This document shows positions 25,920-36,048 of a stretch of 64,000 nt of DNA, piece after piece. A program made the translations under genes and the position numbers. The notes under the pieces are model-generated. The model saw only the letters and a program-made list of their open reading frames with translations, ran no database searches and was not told where the DNA came from. The DNA comes from Gaiellaceae bacterium (GTDB lineage Bacteria; Actinomycetota; Thermoleophilia; Gaiellales; Gaiellaceae), in NCBI GenBank assembly GCA_050697735.1, contig JBOHAM010000029.1:8131-72130 (forward strand). Direction: 5' to 3'. Positions within the stretch are counted from its first letter, which is position 1; each line of letters opens with the position of its first letter.

Positions 25920-26144
25920 TCACAGATCACGGCCTGCGCGATAGACCGCCGTGACGACTGCGAGGCCCGCCGCCACGATGGCCGCCGTCAGGCCGGCCCG
26001 TAGCCACCACGCCGCGTCAGCGGGAAGGAGCTGCTCCTTGCCCAGGTTCGCCGGGGCGATGACCAAGACGTAGATCCACCACGGTGCCCACCGACTTGGT
26101 TGCTCGAGGCGGGTGGCCGCGGCTGTTCGAACGTCGGAACTCAT
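25920..26144 (-). CDS. Small membrane protein (74 aa), unknown function
   Basis: Two hydrophobic helices (WWIYVLVIAPANL..., GLTAAIVAAGLAVVTAVY). Divergent from tetR across a 34-nt intergenic region. Confidence 0.45.
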   Translation of the reverse strand: MSSDVRTAAATRLEQPSRWAPWWIYVLVIAPANLGKEQLLPADAAWWLRAGLTAAIVAAGLAVVTAVYRAGRDL

Positions 26145-26157
26145 GGCTATCCTCTCT

Positions 26158-26175
26158 CTAGTACGACTGTACTAG
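26158..26175. promoter_or_regulatory. Candidate TetR operator (inverted repeat)
   Basis: CTAGTAC-gact-GTACTAG: 7-bp perfect arms, relatively AT-rich. It sits in the 34-nt divergent intergenic region, 3 nt upstream of the tetR ATG (26179). Confidence 0.5.
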
Positions 26176-26178
26176 GGG

Positions 26179-26832
26179 ATGATCGCAGCGGCCCGGATCC
26201 GGGCCAAGGCGGCCAGCCCGCGTCTCGGAGTACGGCCAGCACGAACGTTGCCCCCGATCGACACCGACTCCCGCCGCCGCGAGCTAGGGGAAGCGCTCTG
26301 GCGCGTCGTGCTGCGCGACGGGATCGAGGCGGCGTCCGTCCGGAAGGTCGCGGCCGAGGCCGGCCTCTCCGCAGGATCCCTCCGGCACGTGTTCCCGAGC
26401 CAGGCGGAGCTCCTCGTCTTCGCGATGCAGCTCGTCATCGACGAGGTCACGCGCCGGGTCGAGGCCGTCGACGCCTCGGGCGAGCTCCGAGACGTGGTCG
26501 AGCGGCTGCTGCAGAGCCTGCTCGTGCTCGACTTGGAGACTCGCGCGGTCTTCGACGTCTGGCTCGCCTTCGTCGTGCGGGCTCGCGTCGACCCCGGCCT
26601 GCGGCCGCTGCGGGACGAGACGCACGCGCAGGTGCGCGGCCTCTGCCGCCGGGCCGTCGAGACGCTCCAGGCGGGAGGGAGGGCACGAGCCGACCTGGAC
26701 GTCTCTCAGGAGACCGAGCGGCTCCACGCGCTCGTCGACGGGCTCGCGATGCACGCCACCCTCGACCCCGAGCTCACGACGCCGGCCCGTCAGGTCGAGA
26801 TCCTGGCACGGCACCTGGACACGCTCGCCTGA
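26179..26832 (+). CDS. TetR-family transcriptional regulator
   Basis: N-terminal HTH LGEALWRVVLRDGIEAASVRKVAAEAGLSAGSLRHVFPSQAELL. 217 aa. Confidence 0.85.
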   Translation: MIAAARIRAKAASPRLGVRPARTLPPIDTDSRRRELGEALWRVVLRDGIEAASVRKVAAEAGLSAGSLRHVFPSQAELLVFAMQLVIDEVTRRVEAVDASGELRDVVERLLQSLLVLDLETRAVFDVWLAFVVRARVDPGLRPLRDETHAQVRGLCRRAVETLQAGGRARADLDVSQETERLHALVDGLAMHATLDPELTTPARQVEILARHLDTLA

Positions 26833-26847
26833 ACCGGCCGCCGGTCC

Positions 26848-27984
26848 TCAGGCCGACCCGGTCACGGCCGCTCGCCCGCGGACGCCCTCGAGCCTGCCGA
26901 GGGCCTCGTGCTCGAGCTCCTGCGCGAGGATGCTGCGCACGGCGAGGAAGAGCAGCACGTTGAGCAGGAGCCCGAACACTGCCGCGAACTGAGAGTGGAC
27001 GAAGGCGAAGACCTGCGTGAAGAAGATCGAGACGAGGAGCGCGCGCTCGAACATCGCGAAGGCGCCGGCGCGGCGGCCGTCCACGATCCGCCGGAGCCCG
27101 AGGAGCACGAAGGCTGTCGCGACGAGCGAGGCCGCCAGGCTCGCGGCCCGGACGAACGTCAGCTCCCCGTCCCCGAGCGGATCGCTCGTGATGTCCTCGC
27201 CGAGCCGCAGGACCTCCGCCGGGGGAGCGTCCGCCTCGCCGAAGGCGAGGAGCACGACGATCTGCGCGAGGATCAGCGCGGCCCAGGCGCCGAAGAACGC
27301 GACGACCGCGCCGACGAACCAGGGTCGGCTCCTGACCTCGAGAGCCCACGCGTGCACGCGCCGCACCGCGCGCGCGGGGGCCGACGGGGGCCGCGTCGGG
27401 CGCACACGCACTCCTTCCAGCAGCCGCCGAAGCTCCGGCACCAGCGGATCGGACTGGTCGGCGCGGCCGAGGAGCGCCAGGGCCTTCCGGCGGCGCGGCT
27501 CGTCCATGGTGTGCAGGGCGGCCTCCTTGACCAGCTCGAGGGCGTTGGCCAGGTACTCCCGCTCGGAGTACCGGCTGCGCCGATCGAGCTGGCGAATCAC
27601 GAGGAAGAAGACGACGAAGAAGCAGTAGATGATGGCCGCTGTCGGCTTGAAGAAGTAGTTGTTGTCGGCGGTGATGAATTTTCCGAGCTCGTCCATGAAG
27701 AGCCCGAGACCGATGCCGCCCGACACCGCCGCCACCTGCCGTTCCGCGGGGCTGATGAAGGCGAGGAGGATGACGATCGCGATCAGCATGAACAGTCCGC
27801 CCCAGAGCAGGTGGGCGATGTGGAGCCCCCGCCCGCCCAGCTGCGGGTAGTTCGTGAGCCAGAGCTGGGTCCGCACGAGCAGGATCGTCGCGACCGCGCA
27901 CAGGAGCACGGTGTCGAGGAGCCGCACCATGTCGATGCTCCTCGCCGGCAAGCGCACTCCGGCCGTGCGCAAGCGCTCCTGCAC
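26848..27984 (-). CDS. Integral membrane protein with GxHxxH and G.G...DE motifs, unknown function
   Basis: 378 aa; ATG 27930 (MVRLLDT...) is a possible alternative start. Motifs GGRGLHIAHLLWGG and GIGLGLFMDELGKF. Extra C-terminal membrane domain. Confidence 0.6.
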   Translation of the reverse strand: MQERLRTAGVRLPARSIDMVRLLDTVLLCAVATILLVRTQLWLTNYPQLGGRGLHIAHLLWGGLFMLIAIVILLAFISPAERQVAAVSGGIGLGLFMDELGKFITADNNYFFKPTAAIIYCFFVVFFLVIRQLDRRSRYSEREYLANALELVKEAALHTMDEPRRRKALALLGRADQSDPLVPELRRLLEGVRVRPTRPPSAPARAVRRVHAWALEVRSRPWFVGAVVAFFGAWAALILAQIVVLLAFGEADAPPAEVLRLGEDITSDPLGDGELTFVRAASLAASLVATAFVLLGLRRIVDGRRAGAFAMFERALLVSIFFTQVFAFVHSQFAAVFGLLLNVLLFLAVRSILAQELEHEALGRLEGVRGRAAVTGSA

Positions 27985-28055
27985 GGACTCGATGCTACTG
28001 CCGCAGCGGCTTTCGCGAACGCTGGCCTGCGGGGAAACGGTGTAGGTTCGGCTCG

Positions 28056-29384
28056 TTGTCGCCGATCGCCGCCGCCGGAGAGGTCGCGCACCGTCTCACC
28101 GAGACCGAGGTCGTCTTCTACGTTCTCGTCGACCTCGCGATCATCCTGGCCGCGGCTCGGATCGTCGGCTGGGCGTTCGTGAGACTCCAGCAACCGCGCG
28201 TGGTCGGGGAGATCGTGGCCGGGATCCTGATCGGACCCACGGTCCTCGGCGGCTCGCTGGCGTCCGGGCCGGACGAGCCCGGCACCGGCCTCGTCGACAG
28301 GCTCTTCCCGTTTCAGGCCTTCGAGTTCCTCAACCTGATCGCGACGCTCGCGCTCGTTCTCTTCATGTTCCTCGTCGGCCTCCTGGTCGAGCAGCGCTTC
28401 TTCGCGGGCCGCGGCCGGCAGATCGTCGTGCTCGCCCTCGCGACCACCCTCGTCCCGTTTCTGATCGGCTTCGGAGTCGCGGCGGTCCTCGACGAGCCGG
28501 GCGTGTGGCGCGTCCTGACGACGGCGGACGGCGAGAACGTCTCCTTCGCCACGCATGCGCTCTTCGTCGGCGCCGGCCTCGCCGTCACCGCGTTCCCGGT
28601 GATGGCGCGCATCCTGGAGGAGAAGGGCATGCTCTCGACGGAGATGGGGGCGGTCTCGATCGGCGCCGCCGCCATCTCGCTGCCGCTCATGTTCGCGATC
28701 GTCGCGAGCGCGTTCGCGACGGGGCCGCACGGAGTCCCCGAGTCCGCGCTCGTCAAGCTGCTCCTAGCGCTCGCGCTGGCGGCGTTCCTCATGGTCGTCG
28801 TGCGGCCCGGGCTCGCCTGGGTGCTCCACCGCCGCTATCGCCCCGGGGAGGAGCTCGACGCCGACGTCTTCGCGCTGCTCCTGATCGGCGTCTTCCTCTC
28901 AGGAGCGGTGGCCGACCGGATCGGTGTCCAGGCCCTCACCGGCGGCTTTCTCTTCGGTGCCTGCGTCCCGCAGCTCCCCGGACTCGCGAAGGCGGTGATC
29001 GATCGCCTCTACGCCCTCGTCGTGATCGTGCTCGTCCCCGTGCTCCTCGCCGTCTCGGGCCTCCAGACGAACCTGCGCGAGTTCGCGCTCGCGGACGTGG
29101 GCGGGCTCGTCCTCTTCCTCGCGGCGATGATCGTCGCGAAGTGGGGCGTGATGGCGGTCACCGGCCCCGCCGTCGGCCTGACGTGGCGCGAGTCCAACGC
29201 GATCGGCGTGCTGATGAACTGCCGCGGGCTCGAGATCCTGATCGTCGGCCTGATCGGCCTCCAGGCCGGCGTCCTCACCGAGGAGATGATGGCCGTCTTC
29301 GTCCTGGGCGCGATCGTGACGACGCTCATGACCGGGCCTCTGTTCGACCGGCTCGTCCCCGGGAAGCCGGTCGAGCCCTCCTAG
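28056..29384 (+). CDS. Cation:proton antiporter (CPA2 / Kef-NapA-like)
   Basis: VFYVLVDLAIILAAARIVGWAFVRLQQPRVVGEIVAGILIGPTVLG is a typical Na_H_Exchanger N-terminus. About 12 TMS. The TTG start in the track is uncertain. Confidence 0.85.
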   Translation: MSPIAAAGEVAHRLTETEVVFYVLVDLAIILAAARIVGWAFVRLQQPRVVGEIVAGILIGPTVLGGSLASGPDEPGTGLVDRLFPFQAFEFLNLIATLALVLFMFLVGLLVEQRFFAGRGRQIVVLALATTLVPFLIGFGVAAVLDEPGVWRVLTTADGENVSFATHALFVGAGLAVTAFPVMARILEEKGMLSTEMGAVSIGAAAISLPLMFAIVASAFATGPHGVPESALVKLLLALALAAFLMVVVRPGLAWVLHRRYRPGEELDADVFALLLIGVFLSGAVADRIGVQALTGGFLFGACVPQLPGLAKAVIDRLYALVVIVLVPVLLAVSGLQTNLREFALADVGGLVLFLAAMIVAKWGVMAVTGPAVGLTWRESNAIGVLMNCRGLEILIVGLIGLQAGVLTEEMMAVFVLGAIVTTLMTGPLFDRLVPGKPVEPS

Positions 29385-30625
29385 CCGGCGGCGGCGAGGA
29401 TCCGGCGCGCGACGCTCGTCCAGCTCCAGCGCTCGACGGCGGCCCTTCGGGCGGCCTCGCGGAGCTCGCCCCGTTCCGCCTCGGGAAGGGCGAGGATCTC
29501 GTTCAGCCGCTCTGCAAGCACGCCTTCGTCACCGCTCGGGAAGCTCGCGAGGTGCCGCAGCCGGGGCGGATAGTCCTCCTCGAGCCCCCGAGCGATCTCG
29601 GCGAGCCCCGAGTGGTTCGCGACCACCGGCGGGCAGCCGGCCGCGGCCGCCTCGGCGGCGACCATGCCGAACGCCTCCGGGAAGATGGACGGCACGACCG
29701 CCGCGTCGGCGAAGGCGAGCAGGTGCACGAGGTGGCGGTGCTCGAGCGGCCCGGTGAAGAGCACGTCCAGCCCCTCCGCCAGCTGCTCGAGCGACGATCG
29801 GTAGTCGCCGAAGCCGACGATCACCGCCCGCGCGTCGAGAGCTCGCAGGGCCGCCAGGAGCAGGTGGACGCCCTTGTTGCGCATCAGCTTGCCGAAGTAG
29901 ACGACGGTCTGGCGGTCGCCCGCGAGGAACTCCGCGAACCGGTCGGAGTTGCCCTCGTCGGGGAGCCGCTCGTTCGCGTTCCCGGGGTTCGGTGGGTCCC
30001 GGCGCGCCTCCGCGACGAGAGCCGCGAGCGCCTCGGACCTCGGCTGGGGCTTCCACAGCTCGACGTCGACGCCCGGGGGGACCTCGTGGACGCCGTCGAC
30101 GTGCCCGCAGACCTCGTCGATGACCTCGCGGATGTGCTCCGAGCCGGCGATCGTCGCCGTCGCGCCGGCGAGCGCCTCCGCCCCCCACGCCGACAGCTTG
30201 GGATTGCCGCGCATCGAGTACTCGAGCTCGGACCCGTGCGCCTTCACCACGTAGCGCGCCCCGGTGGCGGCTCCGACCGGTCCGCCCAGCAGGACGTGGT
30301 TGACGAAGACGAGGTCGGCGGGCAACCGCTCGCGCATGGCCGCTGCGTTCGCCTCGACCCAGGCGTCCAGCTCCGCGCGCGTGCAGTCCTGCACGAGCTT
30401 CACGTCGTACCCGTCGTAGCGGTCGAGCACGAACACGGGCAGCAGGCCGCCGACGTCGGGGCGCACCGTCTCGGCGCCCCCGAGGTCGTAGCCCTCCGGG
30501 TCGGGGTCCTGGGAGAAGACGGTGACCTCGTGCCCCTCGCGGCTCCATTCGCGGGCGAGCGAGCGGGCGTAGATGTTGGAGCCGGTCCCGGCGAGCAGGA
30601 AGCCGTGCCAGACGAAGAGCCTCAC
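29381..30625 (-). CDS. GT4-family glycosyltransferase
   Basis: Start GTG 30625 overlaps the upstream stop (GTGA). N-terminus RLFVWHGFLLAGTGSNIYARSLAREW. C-terminal PSIFPEAFGMVAAEAAAAGCPPVVANHSG is the GT4 E-x7-E region. Confidence 0.85.
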   Translation of the reverse strand: MRLFVWHGFLLAGTGSNIYARSLAREWSREGHEVTVFSQDPDPEGYDLGGAETVRPDVGGLLPVFVLDRYDGYDVKLVQDCTRAELDAWVEANAAAMRERLPADLVFVNHVLLGGPVGAATGARYVVKAHGSELEYSMRGNPKLSAWGAEALAGATATIAGSEHIREVIDEVCGHVDGVHEVPPGVDVELWKPQPRSEALAALVAEARRDPPNPGNANERLPDEGNSDRFAEFLAGDRQTVVYFGKLMRNKGVHLLLAALRALDARAVIVGFGDYRSSLEQLAEGLDVLFTGPLEHRHLVHLLAFADAAVVPSIFPEAFGMVAAEAAAAGCPPVVANHSGLAEIARGLEEDYPPRLRHLASFPSGDEGVLAERLNEILALPEAERGELREAARRAAVERWSWTSVARRILAAAG

Positions 30626-31368
30626 GGGACGACGAAGCCCGTTCGCTCGATCATCTCGGGGACGGTCACGAACTCGAAGCCGTGCTGGTCCTTCCACTGG
30701 GTGAGAATCAGCTCGGTTGCCTCGACGGAGTGGCTGCGGTCCCAGCCCATCGCCACGTTGCAGCCGTCGTGCAAGAGGACGACGTCGCCGCCGCGGATCT
30801 GCCGCTCGGCCTTGCGCATGATCTTCTCCGTGGTGACGCCCTTGCTCCAGTCCCAGAGGGTGACCGACCAGACGATCGGCACGTAGCCCTCCTCGCGGAG
30901 GACGCGGAGCGTGCCGGGGCGGCGGCGCCCGTAGGGCGGTCGCATCAGGCGCCTCCCCTGCGCGCGCGCCATCTCCACGCCCGCGGCCTCGATCGCCTCG
31001 GTGGTCATCCGGAGCTCGCGGCGAATGGTCTCGTCCGTGTGGAGCGGCATGGAGACGTGCGAGTACGTGTGGTTTCCGATCGCGTGGCCGGCGGCGGCTA
31101 CCTCGCGCAGGAGCGCGGGTTGCTCGCGCGCGTAGTGGCCGATGGTGAAGAACGTCGCCTTCACGTCGTGCCTGGCGAGCAGCTCGAGCAGGGCCGGCGT
31201 CCAGGCGGTGTTCGGCCCGTCGTCGTAGGTGAGCGCCATGAGGCTGCCGCGACCGGGAGTGCCGACGAAGGTCTTCCCGAAGCCCTGCGGCTTCGGCGCC
31301 TGCCCGTTGTAGAGCGCCCAGCCAGCCGCGCCCGCAAGCGCCCCGGCGGCGAACGGCCATCGTCTCAT
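30622..31368 (-). CDS. Membrane-anchored polysaccharide deacetylase (CE4 / NodB domain)
   Basis: Start ATG 31368 overlaps the upstream stop (ATGA). TM MRRWPFAAGALAGAAGWALY. CE4 motifs TYDDGP, GNHTYSH and RPPYG are all intact. Confidence 0.85.
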   Translation of the reverse strand: MRRWPFAAGALAGAAGWALYNGQAPKPQGFGKTFVGTPGRGSLMALTYDDGPNTAWTPALLELLARHDVKATFFTIGHYAREQPALLREVAAAGHAIGNHTYSHVSMPLHTDETIRRELRMTTEAIEAAGVEMARAQGRRLMRPPYGRRRPGTLRVLREEGYVPIVWSVTLWDWSKGVTTEKIMRKAERQIRGGDVVLLHDGCNVAMGWDRSHSVEATELILTQWKDQHGFEFVTVPEMIERTGFVVP

Positions 31369-32063
31369 CGCCTCTCCTCCTCGAGCAGCGGAAGCTCGGG
31401 GGCGCCGCCGGCCCACGCCGCTTCCGGCGCCGGGGGCGGATACGTCCGAGTCGAGCCGCGGTCGTCGGCGCCCGCTCGGCGCATGCGTCGGTACCAGCGG
31501 TGGTAGAGCGGCGCGGCGAGGACCGTCGCGCCCACGAGGACGGCCAGCCCGGCGAGCAGCCACAGGTGGCGCCGGAGCGGCTCACCGTCGCCTGCCGACC
31601 ACGCCGCTCCCGCCGCGAGCGCGAGGGAGAGCCCGACGCCGGCGTAGTAGTCGAGCGGAAAGCGCCAGATCCAGGGCACCTCGAACCACCAGACGTTGCC
31701 CCGCTCGAAGCGGCGCACCGTGTAGGCCGGGTTGAGCACGAACCAGAGATAGTCCCACACGACCGCCAGCGCGAAGAACGTGGCGACCGTGCGCAGCTCG
31801 CCCGCGAGCGTCCAGTCCACCCCCATGACGAAGGGGAAGTGCAGCACGAGCAGCGGGATCGTGAAGGCGTAGACGTGGTACCCCGTCAGGGGTCGCCGGC
31901 CCATCGCCACGCCGTACGCACGGCCGACCGGGCCGCGCTTCCGGAACCAGGTCGGCAGCCGCTCCGCCCACCCGTACCCGCCCTCGATCTCGATCTCGAT
32001 CCCCGCGAGCCCGAACGCCCAGAAGAACAGGAGCAGGGTGCGGCCGATCTCGAGCTCGCTCAT
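31365..32063 (-). CDS. Trp-rich polytopic membrane protein, unknown function, inside the glycosyl operon
   Basis: 232 aa. FFWAFGLAGIEIEIEGGYGWAERLPTWF..., WDYLWFVLNP, WWFEVPWIWRFPLDYY. Both gene junctions are ATGA overlaps. Confidence 0.6.
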   Translation of the reverse strand: MSELEIGRTLLLFFWAFGLAGIEIEIEGGYGWAERLPTWFRKRGPVGRAYGVAMGRRPLTGYHVYAFTIPLLVLHFPFVMGVDWTLAGELRTVATFFALAVVWDYLWFVLNPAYTVRRFERGNVWWFEVPWIWRFPLDYYAGVGLSLALAAGAAWSAGDGEPLRRHLWLLAGLAVLVGATVLAAPLYHRWYRRMRRAGADDRGSTRTYPPPAPEAAWAGGAPELPLLEEERR

Positions 32064-33130
32064 CCGCGCCGGGCCACCGGGATCTCGTCGACGGCGCGAT
32101 CCACCTCGGCGAACGTCTGCGCGTTGCCGTCCTGCTCGTAGCCGGCCAGCGCGTCGGCCAGGGCGGGCAGGCGGGCGAGGAAGCGTTCGAGGGACGCTTC
32201 GTCGAGCGCGCTCGCGGCGGTGCCGTAGCCGAGGCGCTCGAGGTAGCGCGCGTTCATCTCCTGCTCGAACTGCCCCGCGAGCGGGAGCGCGAGCATCGGC
32301 TTGCGCAGGTAGACGACCTCGCTCATGAGCGAGAAGCCCGCCGAGGCCACGACGCCGCGGCAGGTGCGGAGGTCATCGATGAACGCCTCGTTCGCGAACG
32401 GCCGGTAGCGGAGGTTGCCCTCCTCCTCGTCCGCCGTGAGGCCGTTGCGCGCTCCGTACACGCGGCAGGGAACGCCGCTCGCCCGCAGGGCCGCTGTCGA
32501 CGTCTCGCCGAGCCGGCCGTAGACGAGCAGGTGAGAGCCGGACTCCGGCGACGCCGCCAGGATCTCGGGTCGGAGGATCGAGGGGACGAGGACCGTGCGC
32601 TTCTTGCGGAGCGGCGGACGGAAGAAGGTGGCGATGAGGTACCGGTCGGCACGCGGGAGCTTCCCGCCGACGAAGGCTCGTGCGGCCAGGTAGTCGCGGT
32701 GGATCCCGTGCAGGATCTCCGCGTCGTGCCGGCAGCGGTCGACCATCTGGATGTTGTCGATGCTCAGCACCGGCAGCCGGTGCGCCTTCGCGAAGAGGTA
32801 GGAGAAGCCGTCGAAGTCGGCGACGACCAGCTCGGGGGCGAACGCGCGGGCGATCTCGGCGCCCCGCCGCCAGTCCTCCGGCACTCCCCGCAGGCCGCCC
32901 CGGACGTTCAGGGAGAGCGTCTTCCACGCCTCCACCCGCCCGTGCTCGAGCGCGAAGGCGAGGCCCCAGATCTCCTCCACGTCCGGCAGGTGCTCGCGCA
33001 GGTACGGCAGCGCGCGCCCGGAGGCAGCCATCTTCACCCGGTGGCCTCGCCCGAGCAGGTGCTCGGCCACGACCCGGGAGCGCGTCGCATGCCCGAGGCC
33101 CTCTCCGACGGCGCCGTAGAGGATTCGCAT
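32060..33130 (-). CDS. GT-B glycosyltransferase of the GT1/GT28 (MurG/MGT, MJ1255-like) type
   Basis: Start ATG 33130. MRILYGAVGEGLGHATRSRVVAEHLLGRGHRV (G.G.GH..R motif). 356 aa. The upstream part of track ORF 32060..33784 is rejected. Confidence 0.78.
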   Translation of the reverse strand: MRILYGAVGEGLGHATRSRVVAEHLLGRGHRVKMAASGRALPYLREHLPDVEEIWGLAFALEHGRVEAWKTLSLNVRGGLRGVPEDWRRGAEIARAFAPELVVADFDGFSYLFAKAHRLPVLSIDNIQMVDRCRHDAEILHGIHRDYLAARAFVGGKLPRADRYLIATFFRPPLRKKRTVLVPSILRPEILAASPESGSHLLVYGRLGETSTAALRASGVPCRVYGARNGLTADEEEGNLRYRPFANEAFIDDLRTCRGVVASAGFSLMSEVVYLRKPMLALPLAGQFEQEMNARYLERLGYGTAASALDEASLERFLARLPALADALAGYEQDGNAQTFAEVDRAVDEIPVARRG

Positions 33131-33181
33131 GCGAGCTAGAGTCTGCAAGGTCTGCCGCGCGAACGCTAGGAAGCGCCGCAC

Positions 33182-33982
33182 GTGAACCTCTTCAGTCCCG
33201 TCCCCGGCTACGAGCCGCACATCTATGACGGCGGCAAGGAGGCCCTCTTCCTCCTCTTCCTCGCCTTCCTGCTCGCGTTCGCGCTTACGCGCCTCTACAC
33301 GCGGTTGGCCCGGGTCTACGGCTGGGGCAGCGCGAGCGTGGGCGGGGTCCACCTCCACCATGCCGTGCCGGGCCTGGTGCTCGCGCTTGGAGCGGGTCTG
33401 CTCGCCTTCACTCCCTGGGGCGGTGACAGCCCGGCGCAGGAAGCGCTGGCGATCGCCTTCGGTGTCGGCGCCGCCCTCGTCCTCGACGAATGGGCGCTGA
33501 TCTTCCACCTCGACGACGTCTACTGGTCGCAGGAGGGCCGCAGCTCGGTCGACGCGGTGATCATCGGCTCGATCCTGGCCGGGATCCTCCTGCACACGGC
33601 GTCTCCGTTCGGGCTCCAGGAGTCGGAGTACCCGGGACCGCGCACGGCCGTCTTCGCCCTCCTCGCGCTCAACTACCTCTTCGCGCTCGTGTGCTTCTTC
33701 AAGGGCAAGCCGGTCGCCGGAGCCGTCGGCCTGCTGGTGCCGCTCGTCGCCTTCGTCGGCGCCGCCCGCCTCGCGAAGCCGCACTCACCGTGGTCGCGTT
33801 GGTTCTACGAGGCCGAGCGCGGCCCCGCACGCCTGCGCGCCGAGCGCACCCGCAAGCTCGAGCGCGCGCGCCGGCGCTACGACCTCGGCTGGCAGGGCAG
33901 ACTGGAGCGGAAGGTGTCGGATCTGATCGGCGGCGCGCCGAGTGGCGAGCCGCCGGACGGGCGCGAGCGAACGTCGGCCTGA
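33182..33982 (+). CDS. Integral membrane protein with HLHH and LDE..L..HL.DVYW motifs, unknown function
   Basis: GTG start. VGGVHLHHAVPGLVLALGAG and FGVGAALVLDEWALIFHLDDVYWSQEGR. I recall this as a widespread actinobacterial membrane protein family of unknown function (memory only). Confidence 0.6.
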   Translation: MNLFSPVPGYEPHIYDGGKEALFLLFLAFLLAFALTRLYTRLARVYGWGSASVGGVHLHHAVPGLVLALGAGLLAFTPWGGDSPAQEALAIAFGVGAALVLDEWALIFHLDDVYWSQEGRSSVDAVIIGSILAGILLHTASPFGLQESEYPGPRTAVFALLALNYLFALVCFFKGKPVAGAVGLLVPLVAFVGAARLAKPHSPWSRWFYEAERGPARLRAERTRKLERARRRYDLGWQGRLERKVSDLIGGAPSGEPPDGRERTSA

Positions 33983-33988
33983 GGGGCA

Positions 33989-34825
33989 TCAGCCCGCGTC
34001 CGCCTTCGCCCGCGCGAGGACGACGAGGCCGACGAGCGCGATCGCGAGCGACAGGCCGGAGACGGCGTAGCCGAGCGCGTTCTCGTGCAGGGCCTCCCCG
34101 AAGAGCGCGATCCCGAACACGAGGCTCGAGAGCGGATCGAACGCCATCGTCGTCGCCACCGCAGCCGCGAGGACGCCCGTCTGCAAGGCGGCCTGCTCGA
34201 GCCAGAACGCCGCGACGCTGATGGTCACCATCGCGTACACGTGCCAGTCCCACAGCACCGCTCCGATCCCCTCGTCGAGGAGCGACATCGTCGCCTTCGT
34301 GAGCGCCGCGGCCAGCCCGAAGAGGATTCCCCCGGCCGTTCCGAGCAGCCCGGCTCGGACCGCGGAGCCCCGGCCTCGCGCGAGCAGGAACAGCAGTGCC
34401 GCGACGGCGACGCTGCTCCCCCCGATCGTCGACCAGGCGAGGAGCGAGGCGTCGTCCTCGCCCGCCGAAGGCTTGCTGACGACGAGCAGCGCCGCGAGCC
34501 CGCCGGTGACGAGGACGGCGCCGATCGTCTCGGACCGGCCGATCCGCCGCTGCTCGACCACCCGCCCGAGCGGCTGGGCGAAGACGATGCTCGCGACGAG
34601 GAGCGGCTGCACGACGACCATGCGCCCGATGCCGAGGGCGACGGCCTGGGCGACGAACCCCAGGCCCTGCGCCGCGAGCCCGAGCAGCCAGAGGGGCTGA
34701 CGGACGAGGCGTGCCACGAATCCGGCTCCGAGGGACTGCGCCGGCTGGTCGGCGGCGGCCTTCTCCTGCAGCACGAGCCCGAGGGCGAAGAAGAACGCGG
34801 CGACGAGCGCGAGGGCGACGTCCAC
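33989..34825 (-). CDS. DMT-superfamily (EamA-like) membrane transporter
   Basis: 278 aa, about 9-10 TMS, two-repeat architecture. MDVALALVAAFFFALGLVLQEKAA. Confidence 0.65.
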   Translation of the reverse strand: MDVALALVAAFFFALGLVLQEKAAADQPAQSLGAGFVARLVRQPLWLLGLAAQGLGFVAQAVALGIGRMVVVQPLLVASIVFAQPLGRVVEQRRIGRSETIGAVLVTGGLAALLVVSKPSAGEDDASLLAWSTIGGSSVAVAALLFLLARGRGSAVRAGLLGTAGGILFGLAAALTKATMSLLDEGIGAVLWDWHVYAMVTISVAAFWLEQAALQTGVLAAAVATTMAFDPLSSLVFGIALFGEALHENALGYAVSGLSLAIALVGLVVLARAKADAG

Positions 34826-34884
34826 GCCGCGACCCTACGCCACCCACTCCCGGGGACGGGACCGGCGAGCGCGATACTGCCGCG

Positions 34885-36044
<1,160 letters not shown>

Positions 36045-36048
<4 letters not shown>

